A stretch of 64,000 bases of DNA from Macrostomum lignano. Taxonomy: Eukaryota. The translations under genes were made by a program, and so were the position numbers. Positions 59,052-64,000 of the stretch are shown here, in pieces. How positions within the stretch are numbered: the stretch's first letter is position 1; each line of letters starts with the position of its first letter. The notes under the pieces are model-generated. The model saw only the letters and a list, made by a program, of their open reading frames with translations, made no database searches and was not told the origin of the DNA. The stretch covers positions 62,001 to 126,000 of the forward strand of contig NIVC01001660.1 of NCBI GenBank assembly GCA_002269645.1, written 5' to 3'.

Positions 59052-59849
59052 TCAGCGCGAAAACTTCTGCCAGTTGGCGTCGGTCTCGATGGAAGCCTCG
59101 ACGGCGGCGTCTCCGTGCAGAATCTGGCGGCAGGCGAGGCTGGCCCTGTTGAACAGGACGGACTTGCACACTGGATTGGCAGTGCACAGGGACATGCAGT
59201 GAAGACGGCTCCTGACAGTCAGCTCCTCACCACGGCAGTAGAACGGAGCGGTCTCGGGAGGCTGCTGGGTGGGAAGGCCGATCTTAAAAAAGACGCTGAC
59301 AGGCTTGCTGTAGGCCTGCGGTCCGGGCTCGCAGATGAAGCCGTAGCGGTTACTGCAGACAGCGTCAGTCAGTGTCAGTGGGGCCTTACCGTTGTCGCAC
59401 AAAAGCTGCAGACAGTCATCAGCCGCATCGATGCTGTCAGGCCTGTCTGTGAACCACATGGCGCCGCTGATCGGCAGTTCTCCGTCGTCAGTGCTCAACC
59501 AGCCGCTTCGAGATTTGCCAGATTCCTTCAGCATATCGGTGAATCCTAGCAAGTACCGTTCTGTGCTTCCTCGAGGACGCAGCACCGGCTGTAGCGCAGT
59601 GAGCGTGCTCCCTGTGCTCAGCAGGCGGCCGCCGATGGAATTACAAAATGCCTGAGCCTCGCACCAGTTGAGCCGTTCACCACCAGACTGATGCGGTCTA
59701 ACGAACAGGCAGAGTCCATTTTGCATGGTGAAGTTTTTTGGACAGCTGCCGACAGCAACTCCAGCGATGCAAAGTTGAAAGAGCATCAGGTGCAGCAGAA
59801 TGTGAGCACGGTACCTACGCAGCGATGGGACCGTTACTTGTCCGAGCAT
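59052..59849 (-). CDS. Secreted C-type lectin domain + PAN/Apple domain protein (~265 aa), intronless
   Basis: Signal-like ILLHLMLFQLCIAGVAVG; CTLD CPKNF...CLFV...NWCEAQAFCNSIGGRL...W...RPD...DC...DAVCSNRYGFICE; Apple-like HCMSLCTANPVCKSVLFN...C. The ATG at 59849 was chosen by inspection. Confidence 0.8.
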   Translation of the reverse strand: MLGQVTVPSLRRYRAHILLHLMLFQLCIAGVAVGSCPKNFTMQNGLCLFVRPHQSGGERLNWCEAQAFCNSIGGRLLSTGSTLTALQPVLRPRGSTERYLLGFTDMLKESGKSRSGWLSTDDGELPISGAMWFTDRPDSIDAADDCLQLLCDNGKAPLTLTDAVCSNRYGFICEPGPQAYSKPVSVFFKIGLPTQQPPETAPFYCRGEELTVRSRLHCMSLCTANPVCKSVLFNRASLACRQILHGDAAVEASIETDANWQKFSR

Positions 59850-60419
59850 GATGTAAATCGAGAATTTAATTCTATAGAAAGAAGTAAGCAAGCAGCTGAT
59901 GACTTCCTTCTGGTATAAAAGGACAGATTTTTCGAACATTTGTTTGATAAATGGCAATCCCCCGATGCAGTTTCGTGATTTGCTGAGCATTTTTAGCGTG
60001 AAAAATATATCGTGAAGGACGGTGGCTTTAAGAAGAAGGGACTACAACCATCTAATTGGCTCACTGTTTCTTTGAAATTATTGCTAGCATTAGCTAAAGG
60101 CAGTTGTCATCAATATTTACATGTGAATTACTGTATCCGTGTTTTACTGATGTGTCAGATCCGGGGCTTTGTTGGACGAAATCGAAAATATTTAGAACAG
60201 AAGTCGGCAAAGTTTTTTTTACCGTCAAGGGCCAGATTAAGAATCTAGCTCATGGCTGCGGGCCAGATGAGAGTGGAAAGGAGAGGGAATGCAATACTAG
60301 AGCTAAGAGAAGACGAGAGAGGCAAGAGATGGAATGAGAAAAAAGATAGAAGATAAGAGGAGAAGAAGGGAGAGCGAAAGAAGAGCTAGGAGATAGGAGA
60401 GAAAAGAGAGGAGCGAGAA

Positions 60420-61350
60420 GAGGAGAGAGAGAAGAGGGGAGAGAGAAGAGGGGAGAGAGAAGAGGGGAGAGAGAAGAGGGGAGAGAGAAGAGGGGAGAGA
60501 GAAGAGGGGAGAGAGAAGAGGGGAGAGAGAAGAGGGGAGAGAGAAGAGGGGAGAGAGAAGAGGGGAGAGAGAAGAGGGGAGAGAGAAGAGGGGAGAGAGA
60601 AGAGGGGAGAGAGAAGAGGGGAGAGAAAAGAGAGGAGCGAGAAGAGGGGAGAGAGAAGAGGGGAGAGAGAAGAGGGGAGAGAGAAGAGGGGAGAGAGAAG
60701 AGGGGAGAGAGAAGAGGGGAGAGAGAAGAGGGGAGAGAGAAGAGGGGAGAGAGAAGAGGGGAGAGAGAAGAGGGGAGAGAGAAGAGGGGAGAGAGAAGAG
60801 GGGAGAGAGAAGAGGGAGAGAGAAGAGGGGAGAGAGAAGAGGGGAGAGAGAAGAGGGGAGAGAGAAGAGGGGAGAGAGAAGAGGGGAGAGAGAAGAGGGG
60901 AGAGAGAAGAGGGGAGAGAGAAGAGGGGAGAGAGAAGAGGAGAAGGAGAAGAGGGGAGAGAAAAGAGAGGAGCGAGAAGAGGAGAGAGAGAAGAGGGGAG
61001 AGAGAAGAGGGGAGAGAGAAGAGGGGAGAGAGAAGAGGGGAGAGAGAAGAGGGGAGAGAGAAGAGGGGAGAGAGAAGAGGGGAGAGAGAAGAGGGGAGAG
61101 AGAAGAGGGGAGAGAGAAGAGGGGAGAGAGAAGAGGGGAGAGAGAAGAGGGGAGAGAGAAGAGGGGAGAGAGAAGAGGGGAGAGAGAAGAGGGGAGAGAG
61201 AAGAGGGGAGAGAGAAAAGGGGAGAGAGAAGAGGGGAGAGAGAAGAGGGGAGAGAGAAGAGGGAGAGAGAAGAGGGGAGAGAGAAGAGGGGAGAGAGAAG
61301 AGGGGAGAGAGAAGAGGGGAGAGAGAAGAGGGGAGAGAGAAGAGGGGAGA
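60420..61350. repeat. 14-bp polypurine satellite
   Basis: Unit gagagaagagggga. Confidence 0.95.
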
Positions 61351-62934
61351 GCACCCGTTACTCTTGACCACACTAACCTAACGCGCTCGTTCTTCTTGAC
61401 TTCAGTTTTTATTCTGCTTAAATTATTGTAATTTGGCTCCTTTTTACTGAAAGCGTGTCAAGGTTTCGGCTACTGGAGAAAGATGTGCAAGAACTGTCTG
61501 ATAAGCGAATAAGCGGATATAGAAAAGCCAGAGTGGATGAAGCAGTATTGGTTTGTTATTGGCTTTGAAACGCTTTCTCTGCCTCCCCATGCATGCAGGG
61601 ATGTATAGCTATGACGCTTCTTACCATATGGCCAATTGAAAAGAATTTGTAAGACTTTTATAACTTAAAAGTTTTTTTGCTGAACTCTATGCAATTAAAG
61701 ATTTGTGAAACACTCAATTCCTAGTAGCTCTCAGCATTCAGCTGGCCAAGTGGCCAGTTGGTAGAATAAAGTGAATTCCTACTGTATCCCATCTACATGT
61801 ACTTACATTGTAAATGGCTACCATAAATGAGTCAATATATTTTAGTGCTAAAAATCAATAGTATACGAGCTACGACTATTTTCGAGCATGATTCTGTCAA
61901 ATATAGGGCTTAATTATTGCATAGAAGTGCAGGCTTGTAACGAGTAATCAAAAATCTAGGTAGTAATTTCTCATTACACCGCCCTCGTGCGCGCATTTCA
62001 AAATTCCTATGACCCACCTGGCTATCTACTGACAGTACTATATGTGGCTTCTGATTTGCAATACAATTACATTGCCAAGACTGCAAAATATGAAATTTAG
62101 AATTGCTTGCTGGGTGTTGTGTATTTGCTTTGCTAACTAATTATAGTCATTCATAGACGGACTTTTGATTTAGATATTAGTCTATGGTTCATAGGGATTA
62201 AGTTTGACTGTACACATTTATTTGCTTCAAGTCTCGATACTTTTCGTTTAAGTAAACAATAAACGCCGTTTAATTCACATTCTGTGGTTAGAATGTCTGA
62301 GGCTGCGTTTAATGGTCTCGAGGCGAGCGTAGCGAGCCGAGGACTATTGATTGCAGCCGAGGATATTCTAACCATAGACTATGATGAATTAAACGGCGTT
62401 TATCATATATTAAATTCGATTGCTCCTGATTTCGAGGAGATTATATGATATAATATCCTAGTTTTTGTTAAAAATTACCACAGACAACACATTCCCGGCT
62501 CAGAATAGTACAATTTTTTAACGATTAAATAAGCAATCGTATTTTATATATAAACAAGCTACAAACGCGCTACCGCTAAGACACTTCAACTTCTAACTTC
62601 CCAAAAGTTTTACCGCCTTCGCGTTATTCAAAACGTAACACTGGGTTAGAGATGGGTTTGTAGAAGGAGATATTTTACCACTGAAGATAATTGAAATCCC
62701 AATAATTAATGATGAATACAAGGCAAAATCTCAAACTACTCGACTGTGGCAGGCATTTAGGAATTGCGGTAATTAGTCATCAATTTTAGAGAAAGACTAG
62801 CAATCTTCGCCCCCCGTTGGGGGACATCTGTATAGAATCTCTGTTCTCTACAAGTAACAAAAAGACAGCCAAACAAAGCCTTCACAAAGACAACAGACAA
62901 ACTGCTCAAATAAAGTGTAATGCAAAAAGAAATC

Positions 62935-63068
62935 ATCCCAAGACAGCAAGCATCCCCCAGATAGCAAGCATCCCCTAGATTGCAAGCATCCCCCAGATAG
63001 CAAGCATCCCCCAAATAGCAAGCATCCCCCAGATAGCAAGCATCCCCAAATAGTAAGCATCCACCAGA
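62935..63068. repeat. 18-bp short tandem array
   Basis: Unit agatagcaagcatccccc. Confidence 0.85.
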
Positions 63069-63159
63069 CAATAAGTAGCTAGTGCAACAATTTCCTTAGC
63101 TCTATAGTGGCTCCTTTAAAATTGGCATGACGCTTACTTTTACGTTTGAAATTGTGTAT

Positions 63160-63570
63160 CTTTTATGTTTGACATGGTGGCTCTTTTATGTTTGACATGG
63201 TGGCTCTTTTATGTTTGACCTGGTGGCACCTCAATGTAATGATGGCTCTTTAATGTTTGACCTGGTGGCACCTCAATGTAATGATGGCTCTTTAATGTTT
63301 GAAATGGTGGCTCTTTAATGTTCGACATGGTGGCTCCATAATGTTAGACATGGTGGCTCTTTAATGTTCGACATGGTGGCTCTTTAATGTTAGACATGGT
63401 GGCTCTTTAATGTTCGACATGGTGGTCCTTTTATGCTTGACATTGTGGCTCTTTAATGTTTGACATGTTGGTCCTTTTATGTTTGACATGGTGGCTCTTT
63501 AATGTTTGGCATGGTGGCTCTTTGATGTTTGACATGGTGGCTCTTTAATGTTAGACATGGTGGCTCTTTA
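63160..63570. repeat. 23-bp minisatellite
   Basis: Unit tgtttgacatggtggctctttaa. Confidence 0.9.
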
Positions 63571-64000
63571 ATTTTTAACGTTTGTTAAACGTTTTTGACG
63601 TTTGTAACGCAAGAATTTTTTGTATTTTTCGCGAATAAACTTGAAAAGTACAAAGTGAAACTTATGAACATGGCATTAAAAGTACAACCGATATGTCTCG
63701 TATACATAGCGTGTGCAATGGCTGCATGTGACCAGATGAGTTCCTTTAATACTCTACGTTAGTCTATAGTCGCAGCCCTCGGATTCGCTCATTCCTGCCC
63801 TCAAATCCATAGTCAGAACAATCAGTTCGGCTCTATTTCCTTAGCCTTTGCGCTTTGCCACAGACTATTCATATTTGTTTCGCCAAAGATTAAGAAATGA
63901 AGTAAGACAAAAGCTTCATTCAGGGCCTTCGCCTTAGTTAAAATTGACATCTTGTGAGTTTCGTATATTATTCAACTTTCAATATATGGAAGACGAAGGC

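Noticed and set aside
60250-61373. Three >300-aa LSPLLSPLFS ORFs
   Set aside because: Translations of a 14-bp purine satellite lacking stop codons.
15100-61801. TACATGTA at 15100, 55137, 56508, 56530 and 61794
   Set aside because: Only modestly above expectation in AT-rich DNA; kept only as a detail of the transposase scar.

Overview
This is eukaryotic genomic DNA from an intron-containing animal. GC-rich exons, dense minisatellites, orphan GPCRs and a C-type lectin/Apple gene suggest a free-living flatworm such as Macrostomum; this is an inference, not a database match. There are three zones. (1) 1-12.5 kb: decayed non-LTR RT, Helitron and possible integrase fragments, plus two intronless tandem rhodopsin-type GPCR paralogues. 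(2) 12.7-50 kb: seven co-directional minus-strand genes (acidic orphan ORF, TBC1D20, VPS39, OTC, EMC3, C1QBP, TJAP1/BEGAIN-like). I reconstructed their exons by hand. All 13 introns of TBC1D20, VPS39, OTC and EMC3 are phase 0, most long introns and most spacers carry their own minisatellite, and several start codons sit just downstream of a 3' splice acceptor, consistent with a trans-spliced operon. (3) 50-64 kb: AT-rich DNA with a near-intact 3,035-bp Chapaev-type (RAG1/Transib-related) DNA transposon (133-bp TIRs beginning CACGGTG, ATCT target-site duplication) whose transposase is broken by a small insertion at the predicted catalytic Glu, plus LINE 3' remnants and a secreted C-type lectin-Apple gene. 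Many long ORFs in the supplied track are translations of tandem repeats.
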